This document shows, in pieces, positions 16,524-26,132 of a stretch of DNA of 32,851 nucleotides. The translations under genes and the position numbers were made by a program. The notes under the pieces are model-generated. The model did not search any database and was not told the origin of the DNA. It saw only the letters and a program-made list of their open reading frames with translations. Numbering within the stretch: the stretch's first letter is position 1; the number at the start of each line of letters is the position of its first letter. Origin of the DNA: a virus (taxonomy: Duplodnaviria; Caudoviricetes); the IMG/VR virus record IMGVR_UViG_3300005805_000271, positions 1 through 32,851 of that record, one strand, 5' to 3'.

Positions 16524-18503
16524 TTATTTTTTAATAACTACTACTGCGTTCCAAGTGTGCCTACATTTAGGCGAGTGTATATTTGTATTGGGTATTGTCC
16601 ACCAACCGCCTGCGCGTGCAAAAACATCGTATCCTAAACGAGCAGAGATTTGCTGAATCTCGCCACGCGTGTAAACCCTCTCTAATCCCATCAATCGCTG
16701 GCAAAAGGGTCTTGAGGTATTGATATTTCTATCGGCGGCAGTCGTTCTTGTAAAATCCCAATTATATTCATAACGAACCAAAAAGGTCGTTTTTACAGGC
16801 TCGGCAAGAACTTTATTTAACGGCTTTAATAACTTACTGACTTTTGTTTCTGCGTCATATTCCAAAATATCTAATGCCACAAGTTTATTAATCCTATTCA
16901 ATACTTCGGCTTCTTCAATCTCTAATGCCTTGGCAATATCCTCGGGTGGAATACGCTTGTTTTTAGCGATTGTATCGAGTATCTTTTTGTCAAGGGTGTC
17001 ATCTATCACTTCATCGCGGAAAGCCAATTCTTGCGCCTCTAAATCGCCTGTAAACATATTCTTACGAGACACTACCTTGTAGCTTTGAGAATCTTCGCCA
17101 AATTGAGTAAAAATATTCAACGTACTATCGATATCGTCAAACCTTTGCTCGTATGATTCATCGCCCAGCCAAGTGTTTACGGCATCTTCGTCTAATCCGT
17201 AGCCTTGCTTCAGCATTGATACCGCTTGCTCGCGTGTTATTTTACCCTTGTTAAATTCGCGGATAATGCGCTGAAAGTTCTGCCACTCTCTACCTTTCAT
17301 TCCCTTCAAATGCTCGTTTACCATCGCTTGCGTAGGCTCGGGAGCAGTTGTCTGATATTGTGTAGGGTCGATACCGATTTTCTCAAGAATCCACTCTTTA
17401 GGTGCATTGGCGGCAATTACGGCTTCGCTGAACTCAAACCCAATCGGCTCAACAGGCTTAATATACAAATCGGAACTAACGCCGTTAATCTTGGCAAGTT
17501 TGTTAAATATGCTTTCTAAGAATTGCTGCTTATCGTTTACATATGTGTTCTTAAATACTTCGTAGCCATCGCGAATCTCGGAACGCGTACCCAAAGAACC
17601 CTCAATCAAAATACCAAACAAAGAAGGTGTTGTAATTTGGTGACCAGCAAAGATATTTTGCTGAATCATTCCATCCACTTGATTGAAATCTTCTTTTGTT
17701 AAATCCGAAGCACCTAAATCGTCAATAACAGGCTTCTTGGCGGCGTCTTGCACGAAAGAAAGAATAAACTTCTTACCATCGCTTCCAGAAAACCTATCCG
17801 TGAATCTTCTTTCGATATTTCTTTTCTCATCGGGAGAAGGCTCTCCGTTAGGAAGCGTAATCAACTTCGAAGCACTAAATCCTGTTTGTGCATTTCCTAA
17901 TACGTGACGAGAAACCTCTACATCGCTCTCAATGTAGTTCAATGCACCAATGTAAGAAGGAAGCGCATACGTGTCAAGTCCTGGTCTATATTCTTTAATG
18001 TAGAGAATCTGCTTACCGACCTTATTTCCTGTATTGTAAGCGGGAATAACTTGTATTTCCTCTTTTCTATCTTGCCAATTACTTTTATAGAAAAATTGCG
18101 TATTATCTTTTGTGGAACGCAGCTTTGTGTAATCAATGTGTGAAATACTTGCAATCTTACCGCCGATTTGCGACCAAATGATTTCCAAGTACGCGCCACC
18201 AAAAACCTCGATGTCGATTGATACTTTACGAGATAAGTCATTAAGATTCTCGTATGGGTTCGGCTTGTTAATAAAAGTTTCAGCGGCAACATCTTCTTCT
18301 TTTGACGCCCAGCCGTTCCCAGTTATGTAGTTAACCTTACCGCGCACGATAGCATTATGCTTCGCGCTTTTGTTGTATAAATCTAAAAGATAATTGGGGT
18401 AATCGTTCTTTTCTCCAAACTCAATATACCCTTGTCCTTTCTTTTCTCTATACTCTGGCTGCTTTGCTTCTGCAAAGTTCAATATGATTATATTATCCAT
18501 CAT
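16524..18503 (-). CDS. portal protein with C-terminal wHTH and MuF-like extension
   Basis: FGEKNDYP.YL..LY..SAKH.AI, YALPSYIGA, GHQITTPSLFG; C-terminal SRPFC...GG...CRH.W. Confidence 0.85.
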   Translation of the reverse strand: MMDNIIILNFAEAKQPEYREKKGQGYIEFGEKNDYPNYLLDLYNKSAKHNAIVRGKVNYITGNGWASKEEDVAAETFINKPNPYENLNDLSRKVSIDIEVFGGAYLEIIWSQIGGKIASISHIDYTKLRSTKDNTQFFYKSNWQDRKEEIQVIPAYNTGNKVGKQILYIKEYRPGLDTYALPSYIGALNYIESDVEVSRHVLGNAQTGFSASKLITLPNGEPSPDEKRNIERRFTDRFSGSDGKKFILSFVQDAAKKPVIDDLGASDLTKEDFNQVDGMIQQNIFAGHQITTPSLFGILIEGSLGTRSEIRDGYEVFKNTYVNDKQQFLESIFNKLAKINGVSSDLYIKPVEPIGFEFSEAVIAANAPKEWILEKIGIDPTQYQTTAPEPTQAMVNEHLKGMKGREWQNFQRIIREFNKGKITREQAVSMLKQGYGLDEDAVNTWLGDESYEQRFDDIDSTLNIFTQFGEDSQSYKVVSRKNMFTGDLEAQELAFRDEVIDDTLDKKILDTIAKNKRIPPEDIAKALEIEEAEVLNRINKLVALDILEYDAETKVSKLLKPLNKVLAEPVKTTFLVRYEYNWDFTRTTAADRNINTSRPFCQRLMGLERVYTRGEIQQISARLGYDVFARAGGWWTIPNTNIHSPKCRHTWNAVVVIKK

Positions 18504-18877
18504 CGTACTATAAATGTATTATTTGGTTCGTAAGTGGTAAAGTTGAAAGCGGTAGCGTCATTCAATCGCATAATGCCTGTTTCCAAAATTCCTGTTGCGT
18601 TATCGGGATTGGTGTTTGTAGTCGAAGTTTGCTCGTAAATCTGATACTCCCACTCGCCTGAATCGTAGGTTTGGAAATAAGTGTTTGTAACTAAGGAAAA
18701 CTCATCGTAACGCTCCTTAAAAGGAGAGATATTGGCAGCCTGCAATAACACAAAACTGCGCTTTATATTGCTTCCACGATGGGTAAAAATAAATAAATAA
18801 TTAGGAGAAGTGAGCGTCTGCTTTTCTCGTAACGTGAATATGATGGTGTTTGTTTGCCCCTTATTAAGATATATCAT
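18500..18877 (-). CDS. hypothetical virion structural protein
   Basis: 125 aa, beta-rich (Y.IYEQ.S.TN.NP....G.LETG), between tail tube and portal. Confidence 0.7.
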   Translation of the reverse strand: MIYLNKGQTNTIIFTLREKQTLTSPNYLFIFTHRGSNIKRSFVLLQAANISPFKERYDEFSLVTNTYFQTYDSGEWEYQIYEQTSTTNTNPDNATGILETGIMRLNDATAFNFTTYEPNNTFIVR

Positions 18878-18882
18878 ACCTA

Positions 18883-18889
18883 TAAATAG
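18883..18889 (-). promoter_or_regulatory. CTATTTA late-promoter candidate (one of 7 start-proximal copies: 10038, 11822, 15415, 18883, 21086, 22068, 28739)
   Basis: The same 7-mer ends 5-14 nt upstream of the ATG of seven late genes; 16 nt are identical between 18875-18890 and 28731-28746. Confidence 0.7.
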
Positions 18890-18909
18890 AAATCGCCTAA
18901 CATTTTACC

Positions 18910-18938
18910 AAAAAAAAGCCACCCCGAAAGGGATGGCT
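18910..18938 (-). terminator. rho-independent terminator after the tail tube gene
   Basis: AGCCATCCC-TTTC-GGGGTGGCT followed by a T-run on the minus strand. Confidence 0.85.
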
Positions 18939-18972
18939 CTAATCTACCTACCTATAACGAACTACGAAAGCC

Positions 18973-19485
18973 TTATGAAACTAAACCTGCAATAATCCCG
19001 CTATTTACTTCGGGAGCAAGTTCTTTTTCGCCACCTGTGAATGTGAGCGTATAGCCATTTCTGTCGCCTTGTGCAGTTCCAGTAGCAGAAGTACCGCCAG
19101 TTACATCAAGACCAGTATAACGACCTAACAACCAATATTTGTCGTTAGCATCTTGTACTACTGCCATCAATGTATTTTTAGCCAACAACAAGATTTCATT
19201 TCTTGTATTAGCTTGCAGTTTATTCAGAACAATCGAAAGTTCTTGAGCGTAAAATACAGTTCCATTTTCAACTGAAGCAGTGATAGTTTCAGTCAATGCA
19301 CCTGTATTCTTTACTAACTCGTATTTGTAGAATACCTTACCCGCTGCCTTGGTAATAGCAGAGACGATACCTGAAGCCTCGGTAACTGAACTCACGTTAG
19401 CGTGAGCAATCAGCCACACGGCTTTAATACCGCCTAAACTTTCCTTACAATCGAGTGTGTACCCTTGTGTTAAAGCACAAGCCAT
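18973..19485 (-). CDS. putative major tail (tube) protein
   Basis: MACALT.G..LDCK...GGIK; ASVENGTVFY.Q.L; TGTAQGDRNGYTLTF; follows the capsid gene. Confidence 0.7.
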   Translation of the reverse strand: MACALTQGYTLDCKESLGGIKAVWLIAHANVSSVTEASGIVSAITKAAGKVFYKYELVKNTGALTETITASVENGTVFYAQELSIVLNKLQANTRNEILLLAKNTLMAVVQDANDKYWLLGRYTGLDVTGGTSATGTAQGDRNGYTLTFTGGEKELAPEVNSGIIAGLVS

Positions 19486-19513
19486 GATGAATACTTTTAA
19501 AAGTTATTAAAGA

Positions 19514-19539
19514 GTGGGTAACCCCGAAAGATTACCCAC
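19514..19539 (-). terminator. hairpin after the major capsid gene (weak terminator or mRNA stabiliser)
   Basis: GTGGGTAATC-TTTCG-GGGTTACCCAC; only a short U-tract. Confidence 0.65.
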
Positions 19540-19546
19540 CTTTGAA

Positions 19547-20488
19547 TTAGATAATGAAAGAAGCAATCTCATCCAAGAAGGCAACGTTAACGCCCATCTT
19601 GAACTCGCTTACGAAACGAACTTGGTCAGCCTCTTTGGCATAGAAAAGTTCGAATCTTTCTTCTTCGTTCAGCAAGTCAGTTCCGAGGAACATATTGCTC
19701 AAACGGATAGCGTAAATCTTGTTTACACCATTCAGACCAGGAGTAGCTACAACTTTGATTGGAGTACCAGGAAGGAAGAACTCGCTATCAGCCTTACCAT
19801 CAAAAGCATAGTTGAACATATTAGCGTTCTTCAGAGCAATTGTGTAAGTACGGAAAACGTCTTGACCACACCAGATAGTCATATCATCTTTGCTAACAAC
19901 TTCAGCAGGGATAGCCTTGTAAAGAGCATCGAAGATAGCTACTACGTTGGCAGTAGTGATAGAAGTTGCGGGAGCTCCGTAGTAAGTTGTGTTGTTGGCT
20001 TCTACGGCAGAAGAACCAATCAGAGCAACCAGACCTTGGAATTTGTTAAGGTTCACGTTAGCTGAACCAGTAGCACCTTGCCACAAAGCAGTTTCCAGTT
20101 GAGAAGCGATACGAGCAGCTTTCTTGTCGGTATAATCGGCAGCGAAAGCGATTGAATCGTAACGGCTACCCTCGGGAAGAGCCTTCTGCAGATATTTTGC
20201 TTCGAGGTCTTTAGGGCAAAGAGATTCGTTAACTTTAATCTTACCAACAGTTACAGTACGCTGCGTGAAAGTTGTAGAACCTGAAGCGTTGAAGCCGCAA
20301 GTACCACCGCTTTGGAAGATAGCGTCGGTATCCATGATGTTGATAGTCTCGGCAGATTTTACACCTACCATTACGTTTCCTTGACTCTTAATCAAAGAAG
20401 CGGTTTTGCTTCCGAGTACGGAAGAAGTAACCAATAGAGCTTCATTCTCTTTGGTATAATTTGCTAATGCTGAAACATCAAAAGCCAT
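19547..20488 (-). CDS. major capsid protein
   Basis: 313 aa with strongly biased codons; follows protease and scaffold; LCPKDLE, LWQG and GTDLLNE patterns. Confidence 0.85.
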   Translation of the reverse strand: MAFDVSALANYTKENEALLVTSSVLGSKTASLIKSQGNVMVGVKSAETINIMDTDAIFQSGGTCGFNASGSTTFTQRTVTVGKIKVNESLCPKDLEAKYLQKALPEGSRYDSIAFAADYTDKKAARIASQLETALWQGATGSANVNLNKFQGLVALIGSSAVEANNTTYYGAPATSITTANVVAIFDALYKAIPAEVVSKDDMTIWCGQDVFRTYTIALKNANMFNYAFDGKADSEFFLPGTPIKVVATPGLNGVNKIYAIRLSNMFLGTDLLNEEERFELFYAKEADQVRFVSEFKMGVNVAFLDEIASFII

Positions 20489-20516
20489 TGTTATTAAATT
20501 TTAATTGTTTGAAAAA

Positions 20517-21071
20517 TTATTTTTTAGCGTACAAATTAAGAAAGCGTGATACTTTTTCGTTTTTGCTTTCGAAGTGCTTGTTAAATACTTCTTTAGGTTC
20601 GGTTGGTTGTACAGATGGAGTTTTGGTGAGTTCGATAACTACATCAGCGAGTTCTTGAATTGCTTTAGCAAACTTCTCTGATTCTTCAGCCATCTTTACT
20701 TGTGCTTCATCTTTCTTTTTACCATAATCAGCAAGTTGTGCTTCCATTTCAGAAACTTTTTTCTTCAGGAGTTCAACTTCGCTAACAGGCTCTTCAACAG
20801 GAACTTCGGGAGTTTCGATTTCAACGATGGTAGCATTTTCATCAAGGGTGATTACGATGCCATCAGCCAATGTGTGTTCTCCAGCAGGAGCAGGAGTTTC
20901 ATTACCAGCTTCGTCAACAATAGAAACCTTACCGCCAAGTTCGAGTTTGTCAATCATTACTTTTGCTCCACTTGCGAGAACATACTCGGCAAAGGAAGCG
21001 GCAACGGGTGCAGCGGCTTGTGCCTCGGCAAACATTGCTTTGATTTTCAAAAGTGCTTCTTGTGCAGTCAT
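20517..21071 (-). CDS. putative scaffold/head assembly protein, 184 aa
   Basis: Start reassigned to MTAQ at 21071, downstream of the terminator and CTATTTA motif; PAPAGEHTLADG, then an acidic coiled coil. Confidence 0.7.
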   Translation of the reverse strand: MTAQEALLKIKAMFAEAQAAAPVAASFAEYVLASGAKVMIDKLELGGKVSIVDEAGNETPAPAGEHTLADGIVITLDENATIVEIETPEVPVEEPVSEVELLKKKVSEMEAQLADYGKKKDEAQVKMAEESEKFAKAIQELADVVIELTKTPSVQPTEPKEVFNKHFESKNEKVSRFLNLYAKK

Positions 21072-21119
21072 AAAAAATTTAATTATAAATAGTATAAGAG
21101 ATTGTAAGTTACCACATAG

Positions 21120-21150
21120 AAAAAGGGGAGCGTAGAAACACCCCCCTTTA
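21120..21150 (-). terminator. rho-independent terminator after the protease gene
   Basis: AAAGGGGGGTG-TTTCTA-CGCTCCCCTTTT. Confidence 0.75.
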
Positions 21151-21174
21151 CACCTAAACAAACTATGAAAGAAA

Positions 21175-22062
21175 TTAATCTACTTGTTTTAAGATTTCAA
21201 TGATTTCATCCATCATTTTTTCTTCTTTTGTGATAGGCTTTGAGTAATTAAAGATACCCTCAACGCTAAACCCTTTTACCTTTCCTTCTTTAATCATATT
21301 CCAAACTTCTTCATTTTCAACCTTAAACGAGCCGAACCAAGAACCCTCTTTTACATCTTCAAATCCTTTCATTGGCTTTACACCGCGCTTTTCATCTACA
21401 ATCCAACTCTCAAACATTGTAACGCCATCCATCACTTGCCCTGAATCGTGCATCAAATTTACATTGTTTTGGTAGCCTTTCTTGAAATACTTTTGAGCAA
21501 TCTTTTTAATAGTGTCTTTACCAAATACAACATAATATTCTCCGTTTCCGTCGTTTCTGTAAATAGGCGTGTCGGCAAGCATTAACGCGCCTGTAATAAT
21601 TCTTTCTTCTTCGTCTTGTATAGAAAAACTCTGCTTATCAATCTGCCTTAACTTGCTTTCTGCCCAACTTAGCGCACTTGCTCCACCCCACGCATCATAC
21701 ATCAATTGACCGCAGCCATCTCCGTAACCTTTTGAGGTCTCCGCGTTTTCTTTGTGTCTTGATAAAAACGAATACATCCTGCGTATTGTTTCAACGCTGA
21801 TAGGCTCGCCATTGGCTAATTGGTTGGCACGTTGTTTACCGACAGGTGTACCGCAATCGCCCCATCCGTTTTCTTCTGCCCAATCCAAAGCATTTTGTGC
21901 ATTGTTCTTTACGGCATCGGGATAATCCGAGTATGAATCTTGAAAGGCTAAAAAGGCTTTCTCAATTGCGGGTCTATCAACCAAGGCAACGAAATCTACT
22001 TCCACGTTGCTTTCTAAATCTTCAACTATGTCTAAGCGATATATTGGTAATTCTTTTTCCAT
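21175..22062 (-). CDS. prohead protease (XkdF-like) with an inserted ~100-aa domain
   Basis: VALVDRPAIE, NVNLMHD, FESWIV, GSWF...KV and IKEGKVKGFSVEG motifs. Confidence 0.85.
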   Translation of the reverse strand: MEKELPIYRLDIVEDLESNVEVDFVALVDRPAIEKAFLAFQDSYSDYPDAVKNNAQNALDWAEENGWGDCGTPVGKQRANQLANGEPISVETIRRMYSFLSRHKENAETSKGYGDGCGQLMYDAWGGASALSWAESKLRQIDKQSFSIQDEEERIITGALMLADTPIYRNDGNGEYYVVFGKDTIKKIAQKYFKKGYQNNVNLMHDSGQVMDGVTMFESWIVDEKRGVKPMKGFEDVKEGSWFGSFKVENEEVWNMIKEGKVKGFSVEGIFNYSKPITKEEKMMDEIIEILKQVD

Positions 22063-22078
22063 AATCTTAAATAGCGTT

Positions 22079-23719
22079 TTATCCTAATCTTGCCGCTCTG
22101 TTAATTCTTTTGATACGTTCTTGTGAGTTAGTTACATCACTTTCAATCACATAGGCTCTGTTTGTTGCGTTTCCTAATTGTTGTATGCTTGCTGAATCTA
22201 ATTGCGTACGTGTATTGATTAAAGGAGTAGGCGGTACAATAGGTGCTGAACTTGAAATCGAAGCACCCGAAGAAGTATCAGCTACGTTACTTCCTGGGGG
22301 TTTAGGCAACTTTGTAGAAATGATTTTCCTTACGTTTAACAAACCGCCAGCAATAACTGTACCCGCAGCGATTGCACCCCATGGTGGGGGATAGGTCGAT
22401 AACGCTTTATTTGCTCCTGCGTATGTATCAACTGTTGCCTGTGCAATTGCTAATGCTTTTCCTGCAATTGTATTTTGCCCTACTGCATTTGCAATAGTTC
22501 CTAACGCACCCGATATAATTCCCAATTTTGCATCCGCCGCGGCTCTTTCTCTATCTATTTCTCCTTTTTTAGTTTCAGCATCAAAAGCGGCAAATTCAGT
22601 ATTCGACGCTTTTCTTTCGACTAAAGCCTGACGTTGTAATTGTCTTATTAACTGATATCGCTCTAATTCTTGCTGATAACTTGCATTTGCTAATTCTCCT
22701 TCTGCATTTAATTGAGCGACATATTGCTCTCTTGCTTTACTTGCATTTGTTGCTAAAATTGCATTTAAGGCATCTTGAATTTGTTGAGCCGAACTTATTG
22801 TTCTTTCTAATTCTTTTTTAGAATCTATTGCAAATTGTTCTTCCCTTTTTTTTCTTAGTTCTGCTTCTTTTTTTGTTTGCTCATCATTCAAATTTTGCAT
22901 CAAAGCCATCTTAGCTTCGTTCTGCCTCTCTATTCTTTTTAATTCTTCTTGCCGTTCTTTTTCTTCTCTTTTTCTTCTTTCTTCTGCGGCTTTCTCGGCA
23001 GCGGCTTTTCTTTTTTCTAATTCTTCCTGCTCGGTTTTGGTTACTTCTTTTGTGCCATCAATAAATCTTTTATTCGCGGCTTCATATCTATCTCCAAAAC
23101 CAGTAACGGCTTCCTTTGCGCTATCCCATGCACCGCTGAAATCGCCCTTAATTAATTTACCTACCGCGCTTGCTAATAATCCAAGACCTTGTATGAATGA
23201 GGTGACGGCTGAATATGCCATACCGATGCCCTTGGTAACCATCGGCAACGCTTCAACCGCAAAATCTACTAAGGCATTAAATACAGGCTCAATGGCAGCA
23301 AAAATGCCCGCAAATATTTTCTGAAACCCGATTAGTAAAGGCTGCAACTTTTTTGTCGCCTTTTCGCTTTCTGCAAATGCAGCCACCAAGCCAGCAATCA
23401 AGCTAACGACTAAGCCGATACCTGTTGCTTTTAAAGCAGTACCGAAACTTACTGTTGATACTTTCGCTTTATTTAGTGCGCCACCCAAAGCGCCCAAAGG
23501 CCCACCAGCGGAAGCCAATTGGTCAACCAAATCGCCAGCACCTTGCCGCGCACCTTTGATTTTATCTTCGAGGTCGTTAATCTCGTTCGTTAGCCTTTTG
23601 AAATCTGCCGAACCCGCAGCCGTTTCCTTCAGCTCTTTTTTTAAGGCTTTTAATTCCCCTATCGAACCTGCGACGTTCGTTTTTACGTTTACATCTACGC
23701 CAACTGTCGTGTTTGCCAT
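22079..23719 (-). CDS. tape measure protein
   Basis: 546 aa, Ala/Gly-rich helical, LKATGIG TM-like segment, long coiled coil, KALAIAQATVDTY...AYVIESDVT..Q. Confidence 0.8.
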   Translation of the reverse strand: MANTTVGVDVNVKTNVAGSIGELKALKKELKETAAGSADFKRLTNEINDLEDKIKGARQGAGDLVDQLASAGGPLGALGGALNKAKVSTVSFGTALKATGIGLVVSLIAGLVAAFAESEKATKKLQPLLIGFQKIFAGIFAAIEPVFNALVDFAVEALPMVTKGIGMAYSAVTSFIQGLGLLASAVGKLIKGDFSGAWDSAKEAVTGFGDRYEAANKRFIDGTKEVTKTEQEELEKRKAAAEKAAEERRKREEKERQEELKRIERQNEAKMALMQNLNDEQTKKEAELRKKREEQFAIDSKKELERTISSAQQIQDALNAILATNASKAREQYVAQLNAEGELANASYQQELERYQLIRQLQRQALVERKASNTEFAAFDAETKKGEIDRERAAADAKLGIISGALGTIANAVGQNTIAGKALAIAQATVDTYAGANKALSTYPPPWGAIAAGTVIAGGLLNVRKIISTKLPKPPGSNVADTSSGASISSSAPIVPPTPLINTRTQLDSASIQQLGNATNRAYVIESDVTNSQERIKRINRAARLG

Positions 23720-23991
23720 ATCAATTTAATTAGTTTAAAAGCATCTTTCCAATTATCGGGAGTGACATATTTTATTCTCTCCCGTTTTTGCTTTTCGTTT
23801 TTTAGAAATAGTGTGCTATTGGTAGGCAAATATTGAGATAGTGCGACTTTGTTTTGTGCTTGCACTAACGACCTTTCCTGCTTAATAGAATAAGCGTTCA
23901 GCAAACCATCAATTGAATTATAGCCAATCGATACTTGTAATACCGACATGGCTAAACTCTTTTCCACTTCTTGAATGTTAACGTAGTTCAT
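23695..23991 (-). CDS. hypothetical protein
   Basis: 98 aa, coupled to neighbours. Confidence 0.65.
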   Translation of the reverse strand: MNYVNIQEVEKSLAMSVLQVSIGYNSIDGLLNAYSIKQERSLVQAQNKVALSQYLPTNSTLFLKNEKQKRERIKYVTPDNWKDAFKLIKLIWQTRQLA

Positions 23992-26132
23992 TATGCGTAT
24001 GTTAATTCAATTACCTTTAAAAATTCACATTTCGTAGAATCGGGCGAAGTAGGGTTAAAGTCAATAACTTTATTTAATCTCCAAAGCGAGCCATCAATGT
24101 AAATCAGTTTAGAGAAATCCAAAGAATAGATATCCGATAGCTTTAAGTAAAGCGAGCAACTCATTAACTTGCTATTCTTGTCGGTTATTTCAGCAACGTA
24201 TGAACTCCAAAATGCGTTATACATATTTGCACTTGGGTATTGATTGCTTAACGTGAAATAAAGTTCTTTTGGCACTCCAAAGTTCAAATCCGATGTAGGT
24301 ATATCTGGGTTATCCAAATGCCCCGCATAACCATAATCGTTTAATCCCGCACCCACGTTTCCACCGCTATTTCTTATGTGCCATGTTGAAACACCAGTCA
24401 TCTTGCGAACTTGCAAAATACGGATATTGCTTTCGACCTTATCTTCCGATTGATTGTTCTGCGTATTCGATAACTTAAATATCGTCGAAAAGCGCTTATC
24501 CTCGCCTTGATAGCCTACGATTATTGTAGGACTGAATATAACTTCTGCCGTTTGCTTATCGGTAGAAAACTCAAAGCCCGTATCTTCTAAATAATCAGCG
24601 TATGATTGATTATACCTTTTCGTGTAATCTTCGTTGTAATAATCGTTATCGTTTTTATATTTGTACTCAAAATATCTTCCGTTGAGTTCGCCCATAGGCG
24701 TTAACTTGATTGCCTTTGCCCTGTCAACCTTATACGACCAATCCACGTTCTGACCGAGTGCGTCTTCTAATAAAAGCAAATCCGTGTTGTTTACTAAAAA
24801 GTTTTCTTCGAGGTCGCCAACTTGTAAAAAAACATTCGGTCGCTGATAGAAATCTACATACGGCTCAATGATTAAATGCTTTTCTTTTGTCGTGTCTTCA
24901 ACAATATAAAGATTCATCATCTTTACAATCGAAGCAACAAAATCTTTTTGAAATATACCCTTTGGAAGTGTATCGTTAATTGCAATGGTATCTCCATACC
25001 CTAACGGCACTAATTGTGGCGTATTTGAAATAATTGACAAAGAGCCTTCGATAATACTTACCCCTAATCCTCGGATATCCGTATTCATATAAACGGAAAG
25101 CGTATCGTTCTGCGAAAAGGTTTGGTTGGTTAATTGTATTAAGAAAGAAAAGAAATCACCAGCGTTAGGACTTGCCGTGTAAGTTGCAATCTGCGCTCCG
25201 TTCTTGAGTAAATCAAATATTAAAATAGTTCCTGTCTCTAATACTTCGCCTGTCAAAGTCCAATCAATCGTTCCAGTAAATGGCGTTGCCGAAGTGTAGG
25301 TGAAAATCTCTTGCGCTGCGTTAATGGTAAAGTTACCTAATGAAATAGGCGTCCAAGCAATTTCCCCGACATTGGTATACGTTGCAACAGTAGCCGCTGC
25401 GTTTAAGCCAGTCGTAGTGCTTTTCTTTATATCTCTTTGGTTGTTGGGAATGACTAATCTTTTGAAAAAGTTAGTATCAAAGAAATTACTTTCGTATGTA
25501 TAGCCAGAGTTTGTAATAATCTTATCCAAATATTCTCTGACAAACAAAGCAGGGCGAAACGCTGAAAAATGCCAGTTCTTTTTATTGGAATGTGATACTT
25601 GCCCATAATCAATCAAGGGATAATAATATCCCATACCCGATGCAGTCGTTCCGCTTGCCTGCTCCCACGATGTCACGATATTATCGTAGTTCCAAGCGTG
25701 GTCGTATTGGGAGAAATCTAATTCCTCAAGTTTTTTATTTCCGATAGCATTAACAAAGCCGCCTAACTCGCCGAATACAACACACTCGTATTCTATTGTG
25801 CCGTTATCAATGGTTATTGTTAAAAGCCTTAATATGCCTTTGAAGATTTGTATTTTGTCTACATAAATAACACAATCTGCGGATTTGCTTGCGTTGAAGT
25901 TGTAACCCACATTATCTTGTGTATTGTCATAGAAGTTAGCGTTATTGAACTCGAATATGTGACCGAATAGTTTGTTGTTAACTGCATTTCCTGGTAGTAT
26001 GATTGTTTTTGAAAACCCTGTATTGCGTGCAGCAAAATCTTGTATATCATCGATAGCATAGGTAAACTCCGAAGATAAATCTTGACTTAAATCTAACCTA
26101 TTATTTTCTAAATATATTTCGCTTGATATCAT
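23991..26132 (-). CDS. tail tip/hub structural protein
   Basis: 713 aa; FSKTIILPG...N, YYPLIDYG, IDGSLWRLNKVIDFNP; tail module context. Confidence 0.7.
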   Translation of the reverse strand: MISSEIYLENNRLDLSQDLSSEFTYAIDDIQDFAARNTGFSKTIILPGNAVNNKLFGHIFEFNNANFYDNTQDNVGYNFNASKSADCVIYVDKIQIFKGILRLLTITIDNGTIEYECVVFGELGGFVNAIGNKKLEELDFSQYDHAWNYDNIVTSWEQASGTTASGMGYYYPLIDYGQVSHSNKKNWHFSAFRPALFVREYLDKIITNSGYTYESNFFDTNFFKRLVIPNNQRDIKKSTTTGLNAAATVATYTNVGEIAWTPISLGNFTINAAQEIFTYTSATPFTGTIDWTLTGEVLETGTILIFDLLKNGAQIATYTASPNAGDFFSFLIQLTNQTFSQNDTLSVYMNTDIRGLGVSIIEGSLSIISNTPQLVPLGYGDTIAINDTLPKGIFQKDFVASIVKMMNLYIVEDTTKEKHLIIEPYVDFYQRPNVFLQVGDLEENFLVNNTDLLLLEDALGQNVDWSYKVDRAKAIKLTPMGELNGRYFEYKYKNDNDYYNEDYTKRYNQSYADYLEDTGFEFSTDKQTAEVIFSPTIIVGYQGEDKRFSTIFKLSNTQNNQSEDKVESNIRILQVRKMTGVSTWHIRNSGGNVGAGLNDYGYAGHLDNPDIPTSDLNFGVPKELYFTLSNQYPSANMYNAFWSSYVAEITDKNSKLMSCSLYLKLSDIYSLDFSKLIYIDGSLWRLNKVIDFNPTSPDSTKCEFLKVIELTYA

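Noticed and set aside
19514-21135. Plus-strand ORFs 19514..20065, 20461..20658, 20700..21092 and 20827..21135 (and similar antisense ORFs elsewhere, e.g. 2035..2364, 31142..31630)
   Set aside because: They are antisense shadows of well-supported genes with biased codon usage and show no motifs.
21072-21161. 30-aa N-terminal extension of the scaffold ORF
   Set aside because: It runs through the terminator hairpin and the CTATTTA motif; the ATG at 21071 is the better start.
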